Positions 49,586 to 61,756 of a stretch of 64,000 nt of DNA are shown one piece after another (positions within the stretch are counted from its first letter, which is position 1; each line of letters opens with the position of its first letter). Below the pieces are notes generated by a model. It had not been told where the DNA came from and did no database searches. It saw nothing but the letters and a program-made list of their open reading frames with translations. The stretch lies in assembly GCA_030390025.1 (NCBI GenBank), contig CM059432.1, positions 86,244,001 through 86,308,000 on the forward strand, given 5' to 3'. This DNA comes from Squalus acanthias. Its lineage: Eukaryota. A program made the translations under genes and the position numbers.

Positions 49586-51231
49586 GGGCTAAAAATTTGG
49601 GGGCTTTACGCCACCTGTTACCGGCAAAAAATAGCGGAAAGAGGGCAGCCACCGCTCTTTCACTAGCTGGTGGCGGATCCCGCAGCATCCTTCATTTTCC
49701 CAGACCCAGCAACGCTGCCAGTAAGATCCATCGCCCTGCAAATTAAAATGAGGGCGAGATGACTTCAGTCGGCGTGCAACGCCGACTTAACGCCACCACA
49801 GCGAACTTGGACCTTAGCAATGGGTGCTAAGCTCACCATGCAAACCCAGCATGCAGCAGACTCACAGAGGTGATGTCAGCACCTCTTAAAGGGACACACA
49901 CATCTTTCAGGTAAGTTTGCATTTAAGCTTTTGAACTGGGCTTTTTTGATTTTATTGAAGTAGTGGCTTGCTGCAATAGATGTTAAAAGTTTTTTAAGTG
50001 CGTAGGGAGTGCCTTTACCTATCCTACTGATGTTATGCAGTGCTACCCCAGTGGTTGCAACATGGCTGGTGGAAGGCTGCTGACTTTCAATGGGGGACAT
50101 TGCAAATGGCCTTGCTGGTTGACCTTGAGGAGCTGGTGGCTGGGAGTGTCAAATCGAGTGATGATGGTGTTTCTTCTTCTTCACTCTCCTCTCCCTGTTC
50201 TTGGCCAACCACTGGCTGGGCAGGCTGCATTTCTTGGGTGTGTGAAATGAAGAAGGCACAAGAGTGGATTGTGGTGATGGGAGGGCGGGAAAGCAAGAGA
50301 TGCATGCGAGAAGGAGGATAACATATGAGGATACCAGCATCCTGTATCCTTTCTGCCCTGCTGCTGGCCAAGGGCTCAGCTATGCCCCTGCCAAGAATGG
50401 CCTGCACCGTCTCCTCCAAAGGGGTGAGGTGAGGATAGGAATGGGAGATGTGCCTCGTGTTGTTGGTAGATGATTGCGGGGGAGGGGGCGGTCATGCATT
50501 GAGCAGTGTGAGGCTAGTGGTGCAATTGGTAGGAGATGGTTTCTGAAGATGCATTCACTGACCTTGATCAGTGGCCTGAGATCATGAAGCTTCTTTGGGC
50601 ACTGGAGCCAGGTGGTGGGGACGATAATGCTGGCAGTGATGGCCTCTGCGATCGTTCTTTCTGGAGGGCCTCCTGGCCTCTGTGGGTAGAGGACTTCTCT
50701 TGCAGTGTTGATCCCCTGCACAAAGCTGGAGTGTTGCGTGCGAGACCCTGGGTGCCCCTTCCCTGGCTTGCTGAGCCATTTGTGTTAGTGCTGAAGCAGT
50801 TTTTCCATTTTTTGAGGTTCGGAAGGGAATTCAGCTTTAAGAGCTGAAGACTCCTATTTGGGACTTCTTTTTAATGTTAATTTTTTTTTAAAGGCAGTAA
50901 GGGCTGAAAACTGCATTTTTTCACTTCTTTTGTATTTTTATTAGTTCTGAAGGCATTGCCCTTTTAATTTCCCACAATGCCCAGTGAACTGCATTGCCTC
51001 GCTTCCAGAGGCTGTTGGAATATCGAACACCGCTCCTGACAGGAACTTCGACTCCCATGCCTGCACTAACTCCACTAGGAGGGCGTTACATGGTAAGTTA
51101 GTGCTGGGCTAAAAAATTTTAGCCCCCAGCGCGAATTTTTCTCCAGTAGCTCTTCATCCATTTTTAGCGGCCGTTAACCCGAGGCGGCAGTGACACCGGC
51201 AACTCTCATGGCAGCCACAATTTTCTCCCCC
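49586..51231. mobile_element. Deleted Harbinger derivative with decayed Myb gene (- strand, ~50780-50010)
   Basis: TIRs GGGCTAAAAATT / AATTTTCTCCCCC; TSD TAT; REVLYP..W.QCPKKLHDL remnant; homology to 2860-2990. Confidence 0.8.
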
Positions 51232-51384
51232 TATGTGCGCTATCATCTTGCACTACAATTGGTGTCAGTTGATGCTGCAGTTACAACAATCGGTTATCTA
51301 CAACCCATGCTGGTTTGAACAGATCACCATGGCATTCACAAATGTTATGTAGAATACAACACACCTAAACCATTCAGTGATTTC

Positions 51385-54300
51385 TCGTAGAATGATACAG
51401 CACAGAAGGAGGGCGTTTGGCCCATCGTACATGAGCCAACTCTTTGAAAGAGCTATCCAATTAGCCCCACTCCCCTGTTCTTTCTCCATAGCCCAGCAAT
51501 TTTTCCTTTTCAGTTATTTATCCAATTCCCTTTGGAAAGTTATTATTGTATCTGATTCCACCACCCTTTCAAGCAGTGCATTCCAGATCATAACTCGCTG
51601 TGCAAATTTTCTTTCCTCAGGACGCCTCTGGTTCTTTTGCCAATTACCTTAAATCTGTGTCCTCTGATAACTGACCCTTCGGCCATTGGAAACAGTTTCT
51701 CCTTATTTACTCTATCAAAACCCTTCAAGATTTGGACACCTCCATCAAAGCTCCCCTTAACCTTCTCAGCTCCAAGAAGAACAAGCCCGGTTTCTCTACT
51801 CCCTCCACATAACTGAAGTCTTTCATCCCTGGTACAGTTCTAGTAAATTCCTCTGCACCTTGACATCCTTCCTAAAATGTGGTGCCCAGATTGGCCACAA
51901 TACTTCAGCTGGGGTCTAACCATACTGCCATTCCTCATTCTTCCTACCAAAATGAATCACTTTACACTTCTTTGCATTAAATTTCATCTGCCATGTGTCT
52001 GCCCATTTCACCAGTCAGTCTATATCCTCCTGAAGTCTGTTACTATCCCCTCACTGTTTACTACATTTCTAAGCTTTGTGTCATCTGCAAACTTTGAAAT
52101 TATGCCCTGTGTACCCAAGTCCAGGTCATTAATATATATCAAAAAGAGCAGTGGTCCTAATACCAACCCCTGGTGAACGCCACTGTATACTTCCCTCCAG
52201 CCTGAAAAACAACCGTTCACTACTCCCTGCTTTCTGTCCCTTAGCCAATTTCATATACACGCAGCCACTGCCCCTTTAATCTCATGGGCTTCAATTTTGC
52301 GAACAAGTCCATTATGTGATACTTTATCAAACGCCTTTTGAAAGTCCATATACACATCAACCGCACTACCCTCACCTTTACTTCATCAAAGAACTCAAGT
52401 TAGTCAAACACGATTTGACTTTAACAAATCTGTGCTGTCTTTCATTTATTAACCCATATTTTTCCAAGTGCCAATTAATTTTATCCCAGATTAATGTCTC
52501 TAAAAGTTTTCCCACCACCCACGTTGGGCTGAATGGCCTGTAATTGTCAGGTTTATCCCTCTCTCCTTTTTTGAACAGGAGTGTAACATTTGCAATCCTC
52601 CAGTCCTCTGGCACCACTCCCATATCTAAGGAGGATTGGCATATTGTGGCCAGAGTCTCCGCAATTTCCACCCTTACTTCCCTCAGTAATTTAGGATGCA
52701 TCCCATCCAGACCGGGTGACTTTTCTACTTTGAGCACTGCCAACCTTTTAAGAACCTCCTCTTTACCTATTTTTATCCTATCCAATTTCTCTCCTACCTC
52801 TCCTCCTTTACTGTGACATTGGCAGCATCCTCTTCTTTCATGAACACTGATGCAAAGTACTCATTTAGTACCTCAGCCATGCCCTCTGCCTCCATAAGAT
52901 TTCTTTTTTGGTCTCTAATTGGCCCCACCCTTCTACTATTTATATGTTTATAAAAGACTTTTGGGTTCCCTTTTATATTACCCGCTAATCTATTCTCATA
53001 TACTCTCTTTACCCCTCTTATTTCCTTTTCAGTTCTCCCCGTACTTTTTGTATTTAGCTTGGTTCTCTACCGAATTATGAACCTGTCATTTATTATAAGC
53101 TTCCTTTTTCTGTTTCATTGTAATCTATATATCTTTAATCATCCAGGGAACTCTAGTTGTGGATGGCCTTCCTTCGTGGGAATGTTTCTAGCCTGTACCC
53201 AAACCATCTCCTTTTTGAAGGCCTCCCATTGCTAATTTACTGTTTTACCTGTCAATTTCCAATCCACCTAGTCCAAATCCCTTTTCAACTTTACTGAAAT
53301 TAGCCCTCCTCCAGTTGAATATTTTCACATTTGATTTTTCCTTTTCCATAACTAAACCTAATGATATTGCGATCACTGTTTCCCAAATGCTCTCCCACTG
53401 AAACATGCTCCACTTGCCCCACTTCATTCCCCAGAACTAGATCCAGCACTGCTTCCTTCCTCATTGGGCTGGAAACATACTGATCACGAAAGTTCTCTTG
53501 TACATATTTCAGGAATTCCTACCCTGTTTGCCCTTTAGACTGTTATTTTAAAAATCTATATTAGGATAATTGCAGTCCCCTATTATCACTAATCTGCAGT
53601 TCTTGCATCTTTCTGTAATTTGCCTGCAAATTTGCTCCTCTATCTCCTTCCCGCTACTTGGTGGCCTATAGTATACACCCAGCAATGTATTAGCTCCTCC
53701 ATTGTTCCTTAATTCTAAACAAATAGATTCTGTCTTTGAACCCTCAAGTGCATCATCTCTTTCTAGTGCTGTAACAGCATCTTTATCAATACTGCCACTC
53801 CCCCAACCCCTCCTCGTTTTCCTTCTCTATCTTTCCTTAATACATTGTAGCCAGCAATATTAAGTGCCCATTCTTCCAACTGTTTCAGACAGTTCTCCGT
53901 TACTGCCACTATATCATAATCTCATGCGGCTACTTGTGTCTGCAGCTCACCAACCTTATTTACCACGCTCCGTGCATTTATGCACCTGCACTCTAAACCC
54001 ATCTTAGTCTGCCTCTCATTCCCCCCTGTCTATTCCCTCCTATTTCTGAATTACTCTTTATTCTAATGCTGTTTGTCTCTCCCAGTCCTCTCTAATGCTT
54101 CATTGGTGCCTCTCCCCCTGCCAAATTAGTTTAAACCCTCCCCCACAGCACTAGTTAACCTCCCTGCGAGGACATTAGTCCCAGCCCTGTTGAGGTGCAA
54201 CCCGTCAATCTTGTATAGGTCCCTCCTGCCCCAGAACTGGTCCCAATGCCCTAGGAATCTGAAGCCCTCCCTCCTGCACATTTTTCCAGCCACGCGTTAT

Positions 54301-54420
54301 CCTGTCTTATCTTACTGTTCCTGTACTCATTACCACATGGCACTGGGAGTAATCCAGAGATTATTACCCTTGAGGTCCTGCTCTTTAACTCCCTCCCTCA
54401 CTCCTGAAACTCTGTTGGAC
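51385..54420 (-). mobile_element. Long degraded CR1 LINE (RT, APE, end of ORF1)
   Basis: KSPGLDGMHP, WRIANVT, FADDTK; collinear with the 40327-45944 copy. Confidence 0.88.
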
Positions 54421-55084
54421 CTCAACCCTTTTCATATGCTCATCACCTTGCCACACTGACTGGTGTCAACAGCAAATATTCTATTATTATACATCAACTA
54501 TTCTCCTACATCATTTATGTCGAGTATGAACACCAAAAAGATCCCAGCTCAACTCTATTAGTCACTGTCCCCGAACAGAGCTTTTTTGCCAATGCACTCT
54601 AGCTTCAGTCAACTCACTTCAATCTAGCTGGGGAGTTTATTTCACCAAACTCAACCTTCTTCAATACCTTTTAATCCAAGTAAATTGCTGGACAGCTCTC
54701 GCACACCAATTTCCTTATCTCCTCAAAAGAATCACAGTACATCTTTGAGGCACGACTTGCTGCTTTTAAATCCACTTCAACTCTTAAGGCCACTGCATTC
54801 TTTTAATGAACGCTGATAACATCCTCTAGCATTTTCCCTATTAGGCTAACTAGTCTCTAGCTTTCAGGCTAATGTCTCATTTCATTTTTTGAATTTCAGG
54901 ATGACTTTTGCTATTCTGTATCTCAGGAATACTGTATACTTAAAGAGTATGGACACCTGGCTTAAAGAGCATCATATAACTAAATATTTCAGAGACTGCT
55001 ACAATTACATCCTGGCGGGTGAACAAGAAAAGCTCTGAATCCACATCTACCTATGTTTTTTACGTGGGCCATGTGCTCTTTTGA

Positions 55085-56235
55085 AAACGGGATTGGTGTT
55101 GGGATTTTTGCTCTTTACTATTTTTATTAATGACCTGGATGTAGGTGTTGGGGGCACAATCTTCAAATTTGCAGATGATACTAAGATCTGTGCGAGTGTC
55201 AGGACTGTAGACAATGCTGGTCTGCTTCAGGCAGATCTTAATGTGTTGGGAGATTGGGCTCATGACTGGCAAATGATGTATAACTTGGATAAGTGCAACG
55301 TTATGCATATGGGCAGGCAAATGCTCAACATTCATACACCTTTCAGGGAAAAGCATTGAAGGTGGAGATAGAAAGAGATTTGGGCATTCTAGTGCATATG
55401 TCTTTAAAGGTACATGAGGAATGCCGTGAAGCGATAGCTAGAGCAAATAGGGTGTTGGGGTGTATCCATAGGACAATTGAGAAGACAAGGCATACTATTT
55501 TATCCTTGTACAAGATCTTAATCAGGCCACACTTGGAACACTGAGTCCAGTTTTGGTCTCCTCGCATGGTGGGTGATATTGAGGCTTTAGAAAGGGTACA
55601 GAGGAGGGCCACTAGACTAATTCCCAGTTTAAAGCATCAAAGTTATCAAGATAGGCTAAAAGAGTTGGGACTCTACACTTTAGAGAAGTGTAGGCTTAGA
55701 GGTGATCTGATTGAGGGTTATAAGATAATGAAGGGAATAGATTGCGTTCCAGTTGACAGTTTGTTCCAATTAAATAGGTTAGGGAGGACCAGGGGTCACA
55801 AATTTAAGTTATAGAAGGCCAGATCTAGGTTAGATGTCAGGAGGTGGTTCTTTTCCCAGAAAATAGTGGACAGACTGCTATCTAGTGCGATGGATGCTGA
55901 TTCGCTGAATTCCTTCAAGCAAGAGCTGGACCTGTTTATGGCTGAGGCGGAGATCACCTCTTACAGAAGGTAGGTACTGCAGGGAATTCAGGGGCAGTGT
56001 GATCTCCTGGACTAGTTTTGATCGCCTGGATGGATTGAAGAAGAATTTCCCAGATTTTATTCCCCAAATTGGCCTCGGTTTTTTGTCTATTTTTTTTGCC
56101 TCTCCCAGGAGATCACATGATTTTGGGTGGGATGGAAAGTATATATTATGATACACAAGGTATCGCAATTGTGTGGGACAGGTTCGGTGGACCAGAGGGT
56201 CTTTACCAGTCTGTCGTTGTTCGTATGTTCATATG
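55085..56235 (+). mobile_element. CR1 LINE 3' portion of a distinct subfamily with long 3'UTR
   Basis: FADDTK, RPHLEH, LERVQRRATRLIP, RLRGDLI; TTCGTATGTTCATATG tail. Confidence 0.88.
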
Positions 56236-58037
56236 TAAACATTGGGAATTCCAATGTAAAAATATCCAAACTTACCAGTCAGTCACTATTCCTCATAATG
56301 CCATCAGGTGGTGCTTTGATAGGATTTCCAATGTTAACCTGAAAAGTGGCTCGTCATAGCTCCCTATCTCACCATAATGTGGAGCTGTATTATATTTTCC
56401 CTGCAAATCACTTACAATGATTTTTGAAAAAAACAATTGTCTGCCATTTTTCCGTTCAGTGACTGAAATTTCCAATGTTAAAAATAAGGTGAACACAAAA
56501 TAAAAACATATTTCACAATAACATGATTATATTTGTCCACTGGATAGTCTTTTGTGTCTTTTAATGTCTTCATTAAACCTTTTACTTCAAGGCCTCCACT
56601 GTCCCAAAAGCCTGAGTTTTGACTTCATAGAGTAGAAAGCCTTGCTCCCAAATAGCACCTGAAAAATGCATTAACAGAGGAAAAGCGGGTGCTAATTCTT
56701 TGCCCCTGTTCCTGATTACACAGAACCCAAACTTCCTCTATGGATTTTCTGGTTGCTGCACCTGAAAAGAGCTCAATAATGTAAATTATATGAAAATGAA
56801 TGTTAGATGGCTCTACAAACAGATATCCCAATTAAAAAGCCTGCAGAACTGCTTCTTAAACTGCCATTTAGGTGCTGTCAATCTTAAGGGACAGACTGCT
56901 ATTATAAGATCTTTATTTTTGGCTTCTTAAACTAAAAAATTGGTTTGGGTGTGACAGTACTTGTACAAGCTCTGGGTCCCACTGGAGAACCCTTCCGATG
57001 CACTCCACACTAATAATTCCCAGGGAAGCGCATCAGCTAATATTTTTGCCGTGAGCTGCGATTCTGTAAGCTGAATGAAGATTATGTAGTTTGAGCAAGC
57101 GCAGTGTACCCATTTTCCCAGCTTTATCAATACTCTTCAGTCAGATGAATTACTGGAATATTTTTCTTTACTTTCAAGCAGTTTCTGCTCAGTTATGCAT
57201 CAAATAGTTTTGAAGAAAAGCTAGAGGATGAATTTCAAAAGCTTTATTAGGCAAAGTTTAGATTGATTTTTTTTAAAACAGACACAAACAAATGACAATG
57301 TATTGATTAGATTTTGGTCACAGCTTTTGTTTTCTATATTCTACAAATTGAAGCATGAGAGAGAGCCTTTTCTCATGTTTTTGAAAAATGAACTAAAGAG
57401 TTGAATGTTAAAGCAAGCAAAAGCCTCTAATCATCTAATCTATGCCTTGTTGACAGAAATGTAAACATTCTAATTGCTGACACTGAAGACAGAGACAAAG
57501 GGAGAGGCAGACAAAGAGAGAGAATTTTTCCTTATCCTAATTTAAATTCTTAATTAAAAAATCAAGTTGGATTTTGAAAGTAGTAAAGCCCCTTTGGTGG
57601 GAAACAGATAGGAGAGGAGGAAGATAGGTTTAGGGGGAGGGGCCTCTGTCCTCTCGCCACCTGGCCTTGGGGTAAGCAAGTGGGAGTGGGAGGGAGGTGG
57701 TTTAAGGGTGATGTGACAACGGAGCGGGTGGCGGGGAGGGGTAAGTAGGAAGAACAGACTGTCAAAGACTAGAAAGTTACACAAATTAAATAGCAACTTT
57801 TATTGTAAAACAAGTACAAATGTCAGTATAATTACCTTCAGTATAATCCGAGGTTAGCATAATACAGTAATACGTTAATACTTAAAAAACTTATATGTCT
57901 ATGGAATGCCACGGTAATTGTTTTTCTTAAAGGAATTTTCTCCTCTTCCCTCTTGAAAATATTGATTCCTTGCACAGGCAATACATATCCTCTGGTATCT
58001 CCCAAAAAGTCATTCTTTATGTTACTCTTGACACCAG

Positions 58038-58870
58038 GGGTGCGATTTTGTGACTGGGGGCGCGTTGGAGGCGGGACTGCTGCTTGTCGAGTCGATGTCC
58101 CGCCTCCATTGATTTGTGGCCAACCCACGCTATTTTCCCTTGATTGACCTTGTTAAGCCCGCCCAGCGGGCTTAGCAGGCCGATCAAGGGAAAACCGGTT
58201 GCAGAGCACGTCAACGTATGACGTTTCATCTGTCAAAAATTTTTGACAGATGAATTGTCATCGTTTGACAGCTCTGTGAAGCTGTCAAACAGTGACATTC
58301 TCTGCAGTTTGATGCAGTCTTGAATACAAGACCCCATCAAACTTCTTTCTTTAACAGAGTTGAGATGGTTGTTGCATCTGTGAATGTAACACCCACCTGT
58401 CAATTCCAATGCGGAGGTCCGAGACTCTCCACATACAAACCGACTGAAGCCTGCAGGAAGAAACAAAGGTAAGTACACTTTTAAAAACACTTTGCACTTA
58501 CTTGATACTCACCTCTACACTCTTGCACCCATCACTTACCTTCACACCACACTTTTGCAACCCCCCCGACCCCCGCAGATCCAGTACTCACCTCGCTGAG
58601 CTGGCGTGTTTTGGAGCCTTCAGGAAGCCCGCACTTGTGAGGGCAAAAAGGGGATAATCCTATTTTCTGTCTGTTAACTACCTGTTAACAGGCAGTTAAT
58701 AGGCTTTAATCCCTTCCCGCCTCCAAGGAGACGGGACCCGGTGCGGGACGGCTACCCGCCTCCTGGGAAGAAACCATAGGGACGGGTTGGGCACCCGCCC
58801 CCAAATTCTGCCATTTTCCCGGCAGTCCCGCCTCCATACCCGCCTCCCCAGGGCTGGCAAAATCGACCCC
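58038..58870. mobile_element. Harbinger MITE (family A-like)
   Basis: TIRs GGGTGCGATTTTG / CAAAATCGACCCC; TSD CAG/CAA; homologous to 25583-26351. Confidence 0.88.
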
Positions 58871-60855
58871 CAAGTGTGAGCAGGCTACTCAACCAGAAGG
58901 AAATCACATCAGAGCCTGATGCTGTCCATACACACTTGCTTACAAAGGGGTTGCTGGATAATATTCAGTAGTAGGGGATTCTGGTTGATTTCTCCTTCCC
59001 AATCCAGGAACACCGAGTCCAACTGTAGCCATTCCCTTTCCTTCCCTTCCCCCTTTACTACTACCTCAGTTGAGATCAGCTAATTCAACACACATAAAGT
59101 TTTGCACGTGGAACTTACATGGTTTGTATGGCTCAGTACTCACTGGATAAGTTTGCTGAGTCATCAAGTGAGCCTGGCACATAATTTTGTGCACTAATGT
59201 AACAGTATGTGCTAAATAGACATGTATTGTCTTTTTATGCAATGTTATCAATATATCTGCTATTTTAGCAATAAGAGTGTATTAAAATGTCAATTTATTA
59301 TATTTACAGATTTACAAAGTATTGCCTGCCTCTACCTCAGCCACAGGAAAATTGGAATCTGACCTCAGAAGCCTCACCTTTAGATGACTCAAGAAAGCTT
59401 TGAATGGTAACATGAGGGCACAACTTGGAGGAGGTCTGTTTTCCCACCAGAGTTATGACCTTCCAGTCATTCTCCTCTCCCAACGGTGCCCAATCCAATT
59501 GCATGTCAGCATGTATCTGGCCATTACCACACTACAACACTCTCCTACATATGGTTCATGAATCAGATGGTCACCCTCCAACAGGCTTTATGACCATGAT
59601 GAAGATCTTGACGTCTTGGGATTGGTGTGATTTATTACTGCAGACCTTCCAGTTTGTACAGTGTGCTCCAGAAAGGACCCTGTGGAATATCCATATTAAA
59701 TGAAGGATCTTCGAATTACTTGGCAGCACAGTATGGATGACATGGACCATGTCCTTTGGGTAATATATCTTCTGTGTCAGATCTTGGTTCTTTTGTCCAA
59801 GGATTTGAGGGACCTTGTGTCTTTACATCGTCCTTTAGGAATATACCAGCAGAGCAGGATAAGGATGTCTCCTCTGTGAATTCATGGAGGACTCCGTTCC
59901 ATTAAAGATATTATGCTAAACAAGCACTGCAAATGTAGGTCTTTTTGCAGACACCAGAATGGACAAAAAATAATTTATATAGTTGGGTGTATTGGAGGAA
60001 TATGGGCATAGGGCCTTATTCATATGAATTAATAACTTTGCACACAGCCATCGGCAAGCTGATCAAGGTCAACACTAAGGACACTGCTTTGAAAGACTTG
60101 TACTGAATGGAAAGACTTAAAAAATATATATATACTTTACACATAAAAAAATATATACTTTACACTTGATTTCTGAAACTTTGCAGAAGTATATATTTTC
60201 CCTCTTGGAATAGATGAAACTGCTGGGTGATCACGTTCTCAAAGTGCTTTTATTCGACATCTCAGGACATATGGGGAGCCTTATACTGTATTGAGTTTTT
60301 ATTTTGCCACCCATTTGAGGTAATTAATTCATTCCCTACAATCCTGTAGCACTTGTAACATTTTGGAAATATTATTTACTTCTTCAGCATCGAGTCAAGA
60401 TAAACTCCTTTGGAGAAAACCAAATATTTAGATACTATCTTCTACTGTACAGAGAGTGCTGAGAGGAATTAGGATAGAGGCAATCAGGAACAAATTTATC
60501 TTTCTTAGAGAGAGGGCTAACATAATAACTGTGCATTGTGAATATACTATATGTAGTAACAGCAAGTTTATCGTAGTCCTGTGCATTGTGGACTCATTCA
60601 AGGTAACAGCAGATGTTCTACTACATACGAGTATAGAGCGCAGTTATGGTGTTCAGCTGGTAACCTGGTCTGTGCAGTTTGGGCCACTGCTCTAACTAGG
60701 TAAATCCAAGTAAATTAATCGTAGTTACTTATAAACTGCTGAGCATAATCAAAGGGCAGTTGTAATTGCTTGTAAATTTCAAGCTCCAGATCAATGATCG
60801 ACTTTCATTCTCTTTTTAAATTAAAGTAATTGTTTTGCATCTGTAATGACATCGC

Positions 60856-61714
60856 GGGGGTGGAGGGGGGGGGGGATTTTAATCCTCCCGCCACAACGGG
60901 CGGGAGAAGGTTGAGCGGGGTTAAATCATCAAATATGTGGAAACCCGACCCCAACCCACCGCGAGCACACCTACTTCCGTTTTAACCACGGTGGGTTCAG
61001 GAGCGTCTGAGTAGCCAGCTCTGGAGAGGCGGGTCCGTGATTAAAATATGTTAATGAGACTCCTTTCCTCGGAATTTGGCAGCCATTTGAATTTAATGGC
61101 TGCAGGCTGGGTTTCCCAGAACTCAGGAAACCCGGCAGCTAAAGGGGGGCGGGAGCAGCCGGAGCAAGCAGGTAAGTGCTTTTTATAGAGCACTGCTTGT
61201 GGGCCACGAGGAGCAGGAGAAGATTCCCAGCAAATCTTTTGCTGCGATCGACCGCCCCCATCCACCACCAGCCCCCGCAACCCGCGATCTCTCCTGAAAC
61301 ACACCTCCCGATTGCCAGTCCAATATCCCCCCACCAACCCCGCGATCTTTGCCGGACCCCCCTCCCTCCCGATTGCAAGTCCGATACCCCAACCCCGCAA
61401 TCTTTGCTGGTTCCCCCTTCCTCTGATTGCCGGTCCAATACCCCCCACCAACCTCGCAATCTTTGGTACACTCCCCTCCCCACCCCCCACCCCCACCAAC
61501 TCCATGATCTTTGCCAATCCCCCCTTCTACAAATAGCTTTCTCGCTTGGCAGACAGCCACCCTCTCAACTGGCAGCTGCTGGGTGGGAAAGAAAGTAAAA
61601 AAATTGATAACAAGGCGCTGTCATTTAATTTGGCAGGACCTCCATGTTCCCGGCATTTCCAGTTTCCCCCCGTAAACACCCGCCCCCCACTCACTCCCCA
61701 TAAATATCGGGGCC
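60856..61714. mobile_element. Non-autonomous Harbinger-like element with internal C-rich degenerate repeat
   Basis: Right end AAATATCGGGGCC then CTG GTGTGT; left end blurred by poly-G; reverse homologue of 5199-6520. Confidence 0.65.
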
Positions 61715-61756
61715 CTGGTGTGTGACTGACACTTGCTAAACACAAATATATCTCAG

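Noticed and set aside
9539..57990. Assigning exon candidates to named genes (fleeting resemblances to ERMARD, DYNLT2, CPED1)
   Set aside because: Only a few scattered residue matches from memory, with inconsistent exon order or stops
59300..59900. Exon or old RTE-like LINE
   Set aside because: All frames stop before a donor, and LINE similarity is too weak to call
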